Shown in pieces: positions 1 to 13,707 of a DNA stretch of 64,000 bases. Positions within the stretch are counted from its first letter, which is position 1, and each line of letters opens with the position of its first letter. The notes beneath the pieces are model-generated. The model was not told the origin of the DNA, did no database searches, and worked only from the letters and a program-made list of their open reading frames with translations. Both the position numbers and the translations under genes were made by a program. Source of the stretch: Blepharisma stoltei ATCC 30299 (lineage: Eukaryota; Protista; Ciliophora); contig CBFDEM010000032.1 of assembly GCA_965603825.1 (NCBI GenBank), positions 62,001-126,000 on the forward strand, given 5' to 3'.

Positions 1-3000
1 AAATCTGAGCTTTCTGAAGAAATTAATGAAGATCCTAAAAATAGGCAAGCGGATTATAGACCCGAAAGACAAAAATATTTTGATCCAAAGACAAAAGATG
101 AGCAAGATATTATCAGCAAATATTTAAACAAAAGAATAAAAAAAAGTAATGAGGATGATCCTATTGAAGAAAATATAATTGAAGGGATTGATTTAAAGAA
201 AGAAAAGCCAGTAGTGTCTGTAAAATACCAGCAAGAAGCATTAAACAAAAAAATAAAAATTGAGCCTGAAGAAAACTTTGAAGATAGACCGAAAATATCC
301 AAATTGAGGACAAATCTAGAAAAAGGACAAGCAAAAACCAATTTGACGAGCAATGAAGATGAAATTGGAAAGCAAACTTTGAAATTTACCTTAGAGCCAA
401 TAAAATCTGCGGAGGTTGAAATTGGAAAGCAGACGTCAAAAACTGATGCAATGCCAGCGAAATTGACAGATAGAATATCATACCGCCTACCTGATAAAAA
501 TAAATCAGAATTTGAAATAAAAAGAGACGATCCTTTGTTGATACCCCGTGGGCCAAAATCATCTAGCATAAGTGAAGTAAAGGAAGAAGACATCAGGAAA
601 GATTCTCCTGTTATTCCACAGGAGCAATCAAGCAGTCAAAATTTACGATCTCATTCTTCAAAATCAAACATTGAAATTAAAGAGGATTCGAACAAATTTA
701 ATAATCAAGCAATAAAAAGTAAAGTAGATGAAAGTGAATCCAATATAAGAAAGGCCGCTCCTTTTTCAGGTATATCTGACAGTAAAAATAAGGATACTGA
801 GAAAATTGAGATGGAGCCTTATAAATTGAAAGAATCTTCGATCAAACCGGCTTGGATTGAATCAGATAGAGAGAAATTTAATCCAAATAAAAAAGAAGTC
901 GAAGAAAAAAATAAGCTGCCTATTCGACAAAAAAATACTTTTGGGTTAGAAAGTTACAGGGAAGAGGAGATATACAAATCCACCCCAATTAGTCAAAAAC
1001 AGATGTTAAATACACAGGCTGAAGAATCAAGGATAAATAAAGATATGCCAAAAGAAATATTTTCTCAAAACAATTTACTTGAAGAATATGTACCTGGCGC
1101 AAATTTGACAAAAGAAATAATAGGCTCCTCAAATGAATTAGATGCAGAAAGCAGACATTTCTTGGGAGATCCTAAAAATCAAGCAATTGAAGAAGAAATT
1201 CAAGAGCCAGAGTCTACTTATTCAGGAAAGCCTCTGATTAAAAAACAGCTAAAAGCTCAAAGAACATCAAAACAATCTTCACAGTTAAATGATCAAATTC
1301 AAGAAGAAGCAAAATTATTACCAAAAAAAGAAGAGTCATTCAAAGGTGACAGTGAGCCTGCTCTTACTAAAGAAGATAAAATCAAAATTCAAGAAAAATC
1401 ATTAGAGAAAGCCTCTGAAATACCAAGCAAAACCGCTTTAAATCCATCCAAAGGCAAATCTCTAGGAAAAGAAGCATTGTTTTATCCTTTAAAACCAAGC
1501 AGCTCAAATATCACAACTGTAAAAGACAAAAGAGGAGAAGAAGAGCCAGACCAAATCATATTGAAACGTTCAGAGAGCAAAAAATTGTCTAATTCTTCAA
1601 AGTCAAGTGGCTCCTATAAAACTAATGAAGATCTAAGTAATGTACGAGAGAAGTTGAATAGAGAAAAAATAAATGAAAAGATGACTGATGAGAGAAAAGA
1701 ATCCCCTATCTTTCAAAAAGATAATTTTGAGTATCAAAGTTATAGTGATGAGCTGCTACAGGCAGCTCAAAAAGAAGCACAAAATAAAAATAGTGAGAGG
1801 CTAAATCAATATGAGGATAACCCAAAAATGAAATTTACTCCAAAAAATATTCTTCAGCAAAATATTGATCCAGCCTATACGAATGCGCTAACAGAAACTC
1901 CTGGTTATTTTATTTATGAAAATTTAGAAACGCCTGAAAAGCAAACATTAGAAGAAATTAAAGAACCAGAACTTATTCATTCTGAAAAAAATATAACTCA
2001 AAAAAATATTCTTCAGCAAAATATTGATTCAGCCTATAAGAATACGCCAACAGAAACTCCTGATTATTTTATTTATGAAAATTTAGAAGCGCCTGAAAAG
2101 CGAACATTAGAAGAAATTAAAGAACCAGAACTTATTCATTCTAAAAAAAATATAATTGAAACGCAAGTAAAAATTCAAAGCGCTTCACAGCAGCCCTCGC
2201 AGTTAATTGATCAAGATCAAAAAGATGCAGATTTAATAAACCTTGATAGCGATACATTTTTGCCAACGGACAAAATCTTGAAATCTTATGGTGCAGAAAA
2301 GCAAAAAGACTTTTTTGAGAAAACAAAAGTAGATCCTTATAGAATATATGAAAAAGCAGAACTATTAAAAGATGATAATAAATCTGCTTTTTTTAAAGAA
2401 GATAAATTTAATGCTCAAGAAGTTTCATTGGAAAATAGTCTTGAAACTAAAGAAAAAACTGCTGCAAATTCATTACTAGGTAAGTCTATTGAAGGAGAAA
2501 TGACTATTTATTCTTCGAAATTAAGTAACCCAAGCAGAATAAATGAAAAAGAGAGGAAAGAAGAAGAAAAATCGCATCAGTTTGTATCAGAACAATCAGA
2601 GAGTCCAAATTTATCATTTCATTCTCACATATCTAGTGATTCAATTAATGCTCCTCAGAGATTGAAAGAAAATAAACTTGAGGAAATAAGCACAGCAAAA
2701 TCTATATATCAGAATACCGAAAGAAAAATAGATTCAAAAGAAAATAATGTATACACAAATCCCACAAACGTTTTTTCAGAAATACGAGATATACAAGATA
2801 AAACAGTTGCTGAAATTGGTATTGAGCCAAATAATTTGAGTGAAGATCCATTAGTGCAAGGAGAAACAATCAAGCATAAATTAAATGAAAAAATAACTGA
2901 TGAAATATATGAATCACCTGCATTTAAACAAAATGTGTCAGCGAGATTTAGCTATGAAGAAGATCAGGTAGAAAAATCGATTCCTACAATTAAAAATAAA

Positions 3001-6000
3001 GTTCAGAATATAAAAGATGAAGAGCTGAGCCAAATTAAAGATACCTCGAAGCAAGGAATTTATGATAATGCATTAATCCAACAAAATGCTGAGCTTTATG
3101 ATACAACTTATAAGAATTTACAAACAGAAAATAAAAGCGCTGCAGTTGAAGAAAATAAATCCTCAGTTGAAGTATTGCAAGAGCAAACTTTTGAAGAAGA
3201 AATTAAGGACGCAGGATCTGCTGAACTTGGAAAAGTTATTACTAAAAAGCACCAAAAACCCCAAAGAACTGCAAAGCAATCCTCACAGTTAATAAGCCAA
3301 GAAGCAAAAGGCGCATATTCTAAGCAAGAAAAAACAGGAAAAGCTAAAGATAAAGATGAATTTTCTTTTATTGAAGAAGAGAAAAGTAGAATCCAAGATT
3401 TTGCTTTAATAGATTCTGCTGAATTATCAGAGAAAAGCGCTGTAGACTCATTAAAAGGCAAATCTCTAGAAACGGAGAAATTATTTGATCCTTTGAAATT
3501 GACTAGTTTAAGTGAAGAAAATAAAAAAGGAAAAGAAGATGAACCTATTCATCAATTAGATAGCAAAATTTCATCACATAGTCCTTCAAAATCCTACAGG
3601 CAAACTAAAGCTCTTGAAACATTAGAAGAAAAGAAAATTGAGGAAAATTTTGCTGAAATTTTTGACAATAAAAATAAAAAAACTACTAAAATTGATACAG
3701 ATTCTATCAAAATGAGAGAAGATTCAATACAGTCTCTTTTAGTAGAGCCATCTAATGACCAACTAAATAAGGTTATAGAAAGTCCAATTTATCAGAAAAA
3801 CATTTTGGAATTAGAGAAAGAAGTAGATGAGTCTATTTTGAAAAGTAAAAAACAAATAAAAGACATGAAAACTGAAGAGCTAAGGGAGAATAAAGATTCG
3901 CCAATAGATATTTTTTCTCAAGGCAATGCATTTCAGCAAAAACCAGAACTAGTCAAGCCTGAGGAAAGTTTAAAATCAGACACAATAAATTTATTGAGCT
4001 CAGGCAGTCTAGATTATTCAAAGGAGCCCCAGAAGCAAAGAATTGAAGAAGAAAATAAGGATTCAGAATCTACTCTATCTAAAGGATCTGTTGCTAAAAA
4101 CCAACAAGAAACTCAAAGAAGCGAAGAGAAATCTCTACAGTTTGCAAGCCAAGAGCCGAAAGGTAGAGACTCTATTTACTTATCTCAAGATAAAAGACAA
4201 ATACTCAAAGATAAAGGTGAATCTCGAGTTTATAAAGAAGATTATGTTGCTTCATTGCTTATAAATCAACCAAAAAACAAATCTATAGAAAAAGAGAAAT
4301 CTGTGGATCCTTTAAACAGCAGCAGTTCGAGTGAAAAAAGTGAGAAAGGCGAAGAAGAAGCTCCTCATATAATGAAAAAACACTCAGACAGCGAAAGCTC
4401 AAGCTTGGATCTGGCAAATTCTAGTGAACAATTTGAAGATGCTGAAATATCAGAAGAAGAAAAAGTTGAGAATATAATAACAAAAACTGATGATTCAGAA
4501 AAACAAAGAATAGCTAAGGAAAATGATATAACCATAAGGACTGCAAACCCATTTTCAGAAAGATTTGCTGATAAAGATAAGAATACTGATAAAGCTGATA
4601 AAAAGTCAAATGAATTGAGAGAGAGTAAAATGAAACCTTTATTAAAGGAAATATATAGTGATAAGTTTCAGCTAAATGAAAGGGAAACTTATGAAGAATC
4701 AGAAAAGCTTGCTCTTCAAGAATATATTTCGAATTTTAGAGAAGAGCAAAAAGATCAATCTATTTCAAAAAATCAAAATTCAGCAGGATATCAGCCGAAT
4801 AAAAATTTGCCAATAGAAACATTTTATCAGAGCAAAGTATTTCAGCAAAATACTGAAATAAGCAAGTCTGATGAGAGTTTACCAGCGGAAGCAATAACTT
4901 CATTGAGCTCCAAAGAGCTGCACTCTTCAGAGATAACTAGAAAACAAGAAATTGAAGAAAATAATAAATCAGAACCTATTGAACCTGTAAATGTTTTTAT
5001 TGAAAAAGCGAAAGAGCCTCAAATAAGTGGAAATCAATCCCCTCAATTCACAAGCAAAGAATCAAAAGAGACAGATTATGGTTCTCATTTCCAAGAAAGT
5101 GAAAAGTCAAAGCCTGCTCATTCTATTAGTGATATTATTGCAACAGAGAAAGAGCAAAAAAGTAAAGAGGAATTACTGCAATATCTAAACACAGAGAAAA
5201 AAGACACAGGCTCTATTTACTTTTCCCAATATAAAGATTCACAAGATAAAGGAGAAATATTCAAAGTTGAAAGCGAATATCCAGTGTTTCAAGAAGATAA
5301 AGCACAGATTGAAGATGTTGCCCCTGAAAAAGTTTTTGAATTATCAGACAAAAGTATTATAAATAAGCCAAAAAGCAAATTTATAGGGAGAGAGAGATCT
5401 GTAGATCCTTTAGACAGTAGCGGTTCGAGCGAAGTAGGTGAGAAAGATGAAGAAAAAACTCCTCAGGCGATGCAAAAGTATTCGGACAGCGATAGCTCAA
5501 GCTTGGATCAAGCAAATTCTTGTGATCAAATTGAAGATGCTGAAATATCAGAAGAAGAAAAGCTTGAGGATATAATTACAAAAACTGATCATTCAAAAAT
5601 ACAAAGATTAGCTGAGAAAAATATTTCTACTATAAGAACTGAAAATCCAATTTCAGAAATATTTGTTGATAAAGATAAGAATGTTACACTAGCTGATATG
5701 AGGTCTGGCAAATTGATAGAGAATCCAATGAAACATGAATCAGCTGAGCCCGCGACTGATCAATTAAAGCTTAGTTATAGTATATCTGATGAGGAAAAAG
5801 AAATAAGTGCTGCAGAATTAGAAAGTGTTAAAGACATTCAGAAAAGTCAACCCACTTCGGCAAATCAAACTCAAATAGATGTACAGCACAATCAAAATGC
5901 GCCAATAATAACACCTTCTCAAAGCAACGAATTTCAGACACTTTTTGAACCTGATAAGAATTCACCAACAGAAATTATAAAATCGTTGACCTCACAAAAT

Positions 6001-9000
6001 TTGCCAGGGGAAGCTATAAACTTATTAGGTTTTGATAATTTATTCGCTTCAAAAGGGTCTCAGGAGCAAACAATTGCAGAAGAAATTAAGGATTCAGAGT
6101 CTGCACAATCTAAAATACCGATTGCTAAAAGCCAGCAAGCAACTCAAAGAGGTGAAAAGCAATACCCACGATTTATAGGCAAAGAACCTACCTTAGCCTG
6201 GCCAAGCGGCACCTCTAAAGGCACAGAGCCAACAGATACAGAGTCTATTTTCTTTTCTCAATATAAAGATTCACTAGATAAAGGAGAAGTTTTCAAAGAT
6301 GAAGGTGAATCTCCAGTTTTTCAAGAAAATAAAACCCAGATTGAAGATGTTATCCCTCAAAAAGTCCTTGAATTGCTAGAAAAAGGTACTATAAATCAAC
6401 CAAAAAGCAAATACATGGAAAGAGAAAATTCTGATCCTTCAAGCCATAATAGTTCAAGCGAATTAAGTGAGAAAGATGAAGAAGAAGCTAAGTTGATGTT
6501 AAAGCATCAGGACAACGAAAGCTCAAATTTTACCCAAAGAAATTCTGGTGACAAATTTGAAGCTTATGAAATCTTAGATGAAAAAGAACTTAAGGAAAAA
6601 ATGACAGAAAAATCAGAAGATCCAAGCACAAAACTAACACAAGCAGAAAATCACTCAAATATAAAAACTGCAAATGAACCTTCTCCAACAATTTTTGATA
6701 AAGACAATGCTACCATGACAAATATGAATTTTAATAAAATTAGAGAAGAGCCAGCATCAATAGAATCATCCAGCAATGAATTAAAAATTAATGAAAAAAT
6801 AATTGGCGAAGAAATAGAAGAAAATATTTCAGATTTAGAAAATTATGAAAATAAACAAAAAAGCCAATTACTTTCAACGAATATAATCCAAGTGGAATTA
6901 AAGCAGCATAAAGATGTGTCATTAGAAGAATTTTCTCCAAAAAATGAATCTCAGCAAAATATTGATGTACTCAAACCTGAGGAAGATTTTACAGCAAAAA
7001 CAAAAATTTCCTTGAGTTCAGACAGTCTAAAAAACCCAGAAGAATCTCAAGAGCAAGTAATAATAGAAGAAATAAAAGAGCCAAAACCTGCTCATAGCGA
7101 GAAAGCAATTATTAAAAAACAGAAGAAACCTCAAAGGAGCGAAAAGAAGTCTTCACAATATATAAGTCAAGAGCGAAAAGACGCAGATTTTAATTCCTCT
7201 TATCAAGATAAAAGTTTACAAGAAGCAGCAGAAAAATTAAATGATGAAAATAAATCCACTGCATTTGAAGAAGATAAAATCAAGACCCAAGATGCTACGT
7301 TAGAAAATATTTCTTCAATATCAAGCCCAAGTGCATTAAATCTATCAAAAAGCGAGCCCTTTGAAAAAGAAGCACTTGCTTATTCATCAAAATTAGCCAG
7401 CTCAAGCAAAGTAAGTGAAAAAGATAAAGAAGAACCTCTCGAGATTATACAGAAGAAATCTGATATTGAAAACTTATATTTGGATCCCAAAAATCCAAGC
7501 GGCCAATTTGAAATTGCTGAAGCGTCAGAAGAAGAAAAGTTATATAATTCAGTATCTAAGAAATCAGCTGACCTACAAATAATAAGTATAACGGAGAAAA
7601 AGGATTCTAATATAAGAACTGCAAGTCCTTTATCAGATACTTTTAGCAATAAAACTAAGAATGATGAAAAGGCTAATGTGGAACTTTTTAAATTGGGAGA
7701 AGAACCAATAAAGCCTTATTCAGGAGAATTGTCTGGTGATGAAATAAAGATAAATGAAAAAATAACAGATGAGGTAATAGAAAATATTGCCATTCCAGAA
7801 AATATTTTAGTGCCAGATTGTGATGAAGAAAAGAAAACAATCAAATCTCCAATAAAAAGCCAAAATCAAGCCAAAATAAAGTCTTCATCAATATTTTCGT
7901 CTAATATTAAATTCGAGTCAAATGAAGAATTAGCTAATAAAAGTGCAGAAAGTTTGACTTCACAAGAAAATGCTTTAGGTTTAGAATGCTGTAAAGAAGA
8001 GCAGCATGGCAAATCCCTCTTGGAAAGTCATACTCAAATAAAATCTTCATCAATTGAACCATCTAGTGGAGAATTAAAGGAAAATGAAAAAATAACTGCT
8101 GAGAGAATAGAAAACCCTGCCAGTCTAGAAAATATAACTGAATCAGAATACGATAAAAATGAGAAAGTAGACAAAACGATCTCGACAGGATCCCAATCTA
8201 AAATAAAATCTTCATTAACTGAACAATATAGCGAAGAATTTAAACAAAATGAAAACGCCATTGTTGAGAGAGTAGAAAACCCTGCCAGTCTAGAAAATAT
8301 AACTGAATCAGAATACGATAAAAATGAGAAAGTAGACAAAGCGATCTCGACAGGATCCCAATCTAAAATAAAATCTTCATTAACTGAACAATATAGCGAA
8401 GAATTTAAACAAAATAAAAACGCCATTGTTGAAAGAATAGAAAACCCTACCAGTCAAGAAAATTTATCTGGACCCGAATGTTATAAAGATGAGGAAATGG
8501 GCAAGTCTATCTCGATAAAAACTCAAGAATCCCAACCTAAAATAAAATCTTTATTAGCTGAACAATCTAGCGAAGAATTTAAGCAAAACGAAAATATCAT
8601 TGCTGATAGAATAGAAAAACCTTCCAGTCAAGAAAATTTATCTGGATCCGAATGCTATAAAGATGAGGAAATGGGCAGGTCCATCTCGATAAAAGATCAA
8701 GCTCAAATAATATCATCTTTTATTGAACCATCTAGCGAAGAATTTGAACAAAATCAAAATATCATTGCTGATAGAATAGAAAAACCTTCAAGTCAAGAGA
8801 ATGTATCGGGATCAGAGAGGCGTAAAGATGAATCAATCGGCAAGCCTATCTTGACAAAAATTCAATCTCAAATACAATCTTCTTTAATTGAACCATCTAG
8901 CGAAGAATTTAAGCAAAACGAAAATATAACTGAAGAAGATATAAAGCATCATGCCAGTCAAGAAAATGTATCGGAATCAGAGAGGCGTAAAGATGAATCA

Positions 9001-12000
9001 ATCGGCAAGCCTATCTTGACAAAAATTCAAACTCAATTAGAGTCTTCATTAATTGAACCATCTAGCGAAGAATTTAAGCAAAACGAAAATATAACTGAAG
9101 AAGATATAAAACATCATGCCAGTCAAGAAAATGTATCAAGACCAGAGAGGCGAAAAGATGAACCAATCAACGAACCTATCTTGACAAAAATTCAAACTCA
9201 AATAAAATCTTCATTAATTGAACCATCTAGCAAAGAATTTAAGCAAAACGAAAATATAACTGAAGAGAGCATAAAACATCACACCAATCAAGAATATATA
9301 TCAAGATCAGAGAAGCAAAAAGATGAATCAATCGACAAGCCTATCTTGACAAAAATTCAAACTCAATTAGAGTCTTCATTAATTGAACCATCTAGCAAAG
9401 AATTTAAGCAAAACGAAAATATATCTGATGAGAGCATAAAGCATCATACCAATCAAGAATATATATCAGGATCAGAGAAGCAAAAAGATGAATCAATCGA
9501 CAAGCCTATCTTGAAAAATATTCAAACTCAAATAAAATCTTCATTAATTGAACCATCTAGAGAAGAATGGAAGCAAAATGAAAATATAACTAATGAAGAT
9601 ATAAAGCATCATGCCAGTCAAGAAAATATATCAGAATCAGAGAGGCGAAAAGATGAATCAGTCGACAAACCTATTCAATCTCAAATAAAATCTTCATTAA
9701 TTGAACCATCTAGCGAAGAATGTAAGCAAAACGAAAATATAACTGATGAGGGTATAAAATATCATGCCAATCAAGAAAATATATCAGTACCAGAGAGGCG
9801 AAAAGATGAACCAATCTTCAAACCTATTTTGGCAAAAACTCAAACTCAAATAGAATCTTCATTAACTAAACCATATATCAAAGAATTAAAGCAAAATGAA
9901 AACGCAGCTGATGAGGAAATCGAAAACTCACCTCTTCAAGAAAATATTTCAGAAAATAAAGTTATTGAGCCTGAGAATATGGAAAAATCAATATTGATAC
10001 CAATAGACTCATCTAGTATTAAATTAGTATCAAATGAAAAAATAGCTGATCAAAGTTTTGAAAATCTTCCCATTCAAGAAAAAATTTCTGTGTCAGAATC
10101 CAGCGGAGATGAGCAACAAAGTAAATTCCCCTTGACAAGCTATACTAAAATAAATTCTTCATCAATTGAATCATCTAGCGAAGAACTAAAACAAAATGAA
10201 AGCATAACTGCTGAGAGAATAGAAAGCCCTGCCAGTCAAGAAAATATATTGGAATCAGAAAGGCATAAAGATGAGCGAATTAGCAAACCTACCCCGACAA
10301 AAACTCAAGCTCAAATAAAATCTTCATTAGTCGAGCCATCTAGCGAAGAATTTAAGGAAAATGAAACCTTAACTGATGAGGCAATAGAAAATCCTGAAAA
10401 TCAAAAAAATATATCGGGTGATGAGAAAATGGGCCAGCTGATCTTGACAAAAGCTCAAGCTCAAATAGAATCTTCGCTAATTGAACCATCTAGTGGAGAA
10501 TTAAAGCAAAATGAAAGCATAACTGATAAGGAAATCAAAAAACTAGTTATTCAAGAAAATAATTCGGAATTAGAAATTATTGGACTCATGAACACAGACA
10601 AGCCAATCTCGGCAACTCAATATAAAGCGCCAACAAAACTTTCATCAGAGGAATCATCTAGTAGCAAATTAAAATTAAATAAAAACATCTATAATGAGGA
10701 AATAAAGAAACCTATCTTTAAAGAGCAGATTTTAGAGCTAGAAAGCTATGAAGAGGAGCAAATAAGCAAAGCTTTAGAACCAAAAATCAATGCTGACAAG
10801 CAAATAAGTGAAACCCCCGCTGACAGCCAAAATCAAACTCCTATAAATTCTTTATCAATTGAATCATCAAGTGAGATCTTGGATCTAAATAAAAGCAGAG
10901 CAGACGATAAAACAGAAATTTTAGCACTTCAAGAGTATATTTCTAGTCCAAGTAGTTATAGAGACGAGCCAATAAGTAAAACCATCCCAACAAGTCAATA
11001 TCAAATTTCAATAAAATCCCCTCCAAAAGAATTATCCAGTGATGTATTAAAGATGAATGAAAATACTATTGATGACATATCAGAAATTTATAATTCTCAA
11101 GAAAATATTTTATCAGAAAGATACATAAATGAAACCACAGCAAAAAATCAGTATCAAACTTCAATAAATTCTTGGTCTCCGGAGTCATCTATTGATAAAC
11201 AAGACAAAACTGATGAAAAAATAGAGGACCTTATCCAAGAAGAATCAGATAGCTATGAAGAACCAAAATCAGACCCAGAAGTGTCAGAAATTTTTGCTGA
11301 TTCCCAATATAGATTGCCACTAAGTGAAATCATTGAAGAGAGTAGCTACTCTTCGCTTTCCCCTCAAAGCAAGTCTATCTTTATTCAAGATGTGTTCCTT
11401 CGGCTGGAATATTTGCGTATACTTCAAACTCTCAGACTTTCATTTATACAGTTTAGGACCCATGCAACCACTTTAATTATCACTGAAATTTTTGACTTAG
11501 CTGGAGACGCAATCGCTAAATTAATAAGAAAACAATTAGAATCATCATTTAATGTGCTCTATGCCAATACTATTCTTTTGCAGAAGGAAAGAAATAATAA
11601 GCTCAAAGTAATATTGGAAAATTCAATAACAAGGTTTGACCATATACTATTGAGGTCTTTAAGCTCATGGAAACTAAAAACAGTCCATAAAATTTATGAA
11701 GAAAAAATGGGAATTCATCATCATCAGACAGAAGAAAACCTGATGAATTTGAGGACACAGACCCATATTCGATCCTTTGTAGAAGTTATAGAGAAAAAAG
11801 TTCTAGCAAAAGAGTTTTATGCATTTTCTGTATTTTTAGCAATTTTTAATAGATATAAAGTACCGAAAGATTCTGAAGCATTGAAGATTATGAGTTTTAC
11901 TCAGACAATAGATTCACATGCTCTTGGCCAATTTAAATATTGTATGAACATATTAAAGCTTGCAAATAGAAAATCAAAACAAGAGCTTAAGAAAAAAGAA

Positions 12001-13263
12001 ATTGGGCTAGAAATGCTCTTTAAAGCAATAAGAAGGTACACAAAAACAACAAAACAGCACTCATGAGTCAGATGGAGACTCTATATGAGAACCAAAAACT
12101 ATAAGGCAGAATATACTTCATATGGACTGAGAAGATTTTCTGATATTCTTAAAAGGCAGATTATCGTAAACTACCAAGATTTCTTGGAGCAGCTTAAACT
12201 GATTAGCTCATACAAAGCAGAAGGGGCAAGTTTAATGGTTCAGTCTATTTCTAGCATTATCAATTCAAGATGCAGACCTTTATTCAAATTATCTTATTTG
12301 TATAAGAAGCAAAATAAAGTACTGAGACAATTGCTAAGGACACAAAGAATAAGATCAAATGCTGCATTAAAAGAAAATCTAAGAACTTGGAGACTAAACT
12401 CAAAGTTCAATACCCAGATAAAAAAAGAGCTCCTTGATGTATTTACCAAATTGGCATTTTCTCCATTCAAAAGTAGAAAATCTTTTGCTTTTTCTCGCAT
12501 AAAGGCTGAGTTTTCAAGCATCAATAGCAATAAAGCCAAAAAAGAAAAGGCAGCAAAAACAATTTTGAATTTATACAGGAGAATTTCAGCAAAAATTCTG
12601 CAAAGGTCAGTTCACCTCTGGGGGAGCTTCGCTTCCGAAATGAAGCGCCTTGAAAGCTATGAGCAGCTTTTGCGCACCAAATTCTCCAAAAGGCTACTTC
12701 TGCTAATTATAAGATCATGGAGCCGCATTAAAGGAAGAAAACGAAGGATATGCCGAGGCCTTGAGCTATTAGGAAAGCTTTTCAGTATTAGAGTCTGTGA
12801 ATATTTCCAAACCCTCAATGAAAATGACCCGTCCTTCATATGGAGTATGAATGACGAATCTCTCGTTAAATTTGACGTCGCCTTAATAGCGCCCTATTTG
12901 AAGTCTATGATCATGAATTTCCACAGCCACCACAAATACTTCTTAAAAGAGTCTTTTGACAGGTGGAAGTTTGCCAAATCCATTTCCCACGACAAAAACG
13001 TCACCTTAGCTTTAGAAATTTCCCATGCATTTAATAAAAAGAAGCACAAGCTCCTATGGGAATCTTGGCACATTTTAAGAAATCCCAGGTTCAGCATGAC
13101 TTATAAGCAGAAAATGAAGCTCCGAAGTGCCATAGAAAAATGGGAATCAGTCATGTATCGGCCACAGAATTTGCTGCTGGAAGCCTTTTTCACTTGGAAA
13201 AGAGGGCCAAAGGAGGAGCAACTGACAAGGCTCAAGCAATACAAGCAATATTTTTCATCTTAG
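1..13263 (+). CDS. Giant (>4,420 aa, 5'-partial) E/K/S-rich repetitive protein with basic C-terminal region carrying Sfi1-like W motifs
   Basis: Frame 1 is open from base 1. A single TGA at 12064-12066 joins ORFs 214..12066 and 12085..13263 in frame (KQHS-W-VRWRLYMRTK). Ends TAG at 13261-13263. Confidence 0.85.
1190..7700 (+). repeat. About 7 diverged ~0.85-1.1 kb coding super-repeats inside the giant gene
   Basis: Marker EEI(K/Q)(E/D)x...QRxxK(Q/K)SSQ recurs at ~1190, 2110, 3193, 4045, 4954, 6076 and 7066. Marker DSxSSSLDxANSxxQxEDAEISEEEK recurs at ~4387 and ~5485, with weaker copies at ~6511 and ~7462. Confidence 0.7.
1843..2155 (+). repeat. Near-identical 159-nt (53-aa) tandem duplication
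   Basis: KNILQQNID...EEIKEPELIHS begins at 1843 and again at 2002. Confidence 0.9.
8030..10560 (+). repeat. Tandem array of ~165-nt (55-aa) coding units, roughly 13-15 copies
   Basis: Unit is like SSLIEPSSEEFKQNENITEEDIKHHASQENVSESERRKDESIGKPILTKIQTQ. Period of 165 nt measured at 8101/8266 and 8890/9055. Confidence 0.9.
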
Positions 13264-13288
13264 CTTAATTAGCCATTGTAATTAAATT

Positions 13289-13684
13289 ATGGGGAAAAGT
13301 ATCAGATCAAAGCGTATGCAAAAGTGAAAGTCTCTCAAACGACAGATCGTGAGGCAAACACTAGAAAAGGATAATTTAGCCAAGCTTGGAACCAGCCATC
13401 CGACCTTAAAGAGTGCATTTTTGCATCCAAATGATCCTGACGCTGTCTTTCCTCAGCACAAGCCAGCTGTTAGACTTGATTTTCGATCAGATGCCATTGT
13501 ACCGTTTGAGTGTCCAGTCAAAAGTAAGAAATATTTGCTTGAAAGAATGCCTGATGCCCCTGAAGAAGAACTGAAAGGGAGACCAATTGAAATTCCTGAT
13601 ATGTTTATGGGTGAATTAGAATACTCCCTCAAGAACATCGAAAAAAACACAAGAAAAAGGCAATCAATGAAAATTGATAAATAA
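13289..13684 (+). CDS. Small basic protein (131 aa), LLPH/YBL028C-like N-terminus (possible pre-60S factor)
   Basis: ATG 13289 MGKSIRSKRMQK-W(TGA 13325)-KSLKR, in frame with ORF 13349..13684. Resembles the MAKSLRSK start of LLPH. Confidence 0.6.
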
Positions 13685-13707
13685 ACAGCGGATTTTTTTA
13701 ATAGAAA

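Noticed and set aside
8030-10560. Repeat array as a CRISPR or mobile element
   Set aside because: The units are in-frame coding repeats with no unique spacers, terminal repeats or transposase.
54-12839. Antisense and alternate-frame ORFs over the giant gene (e.g. 54..593, 3108..3461, 8034..8426)
   Set aside because: These are shadow ORFs. Their F/S/L-rich translations are the expected complement of E/K-rich codons.
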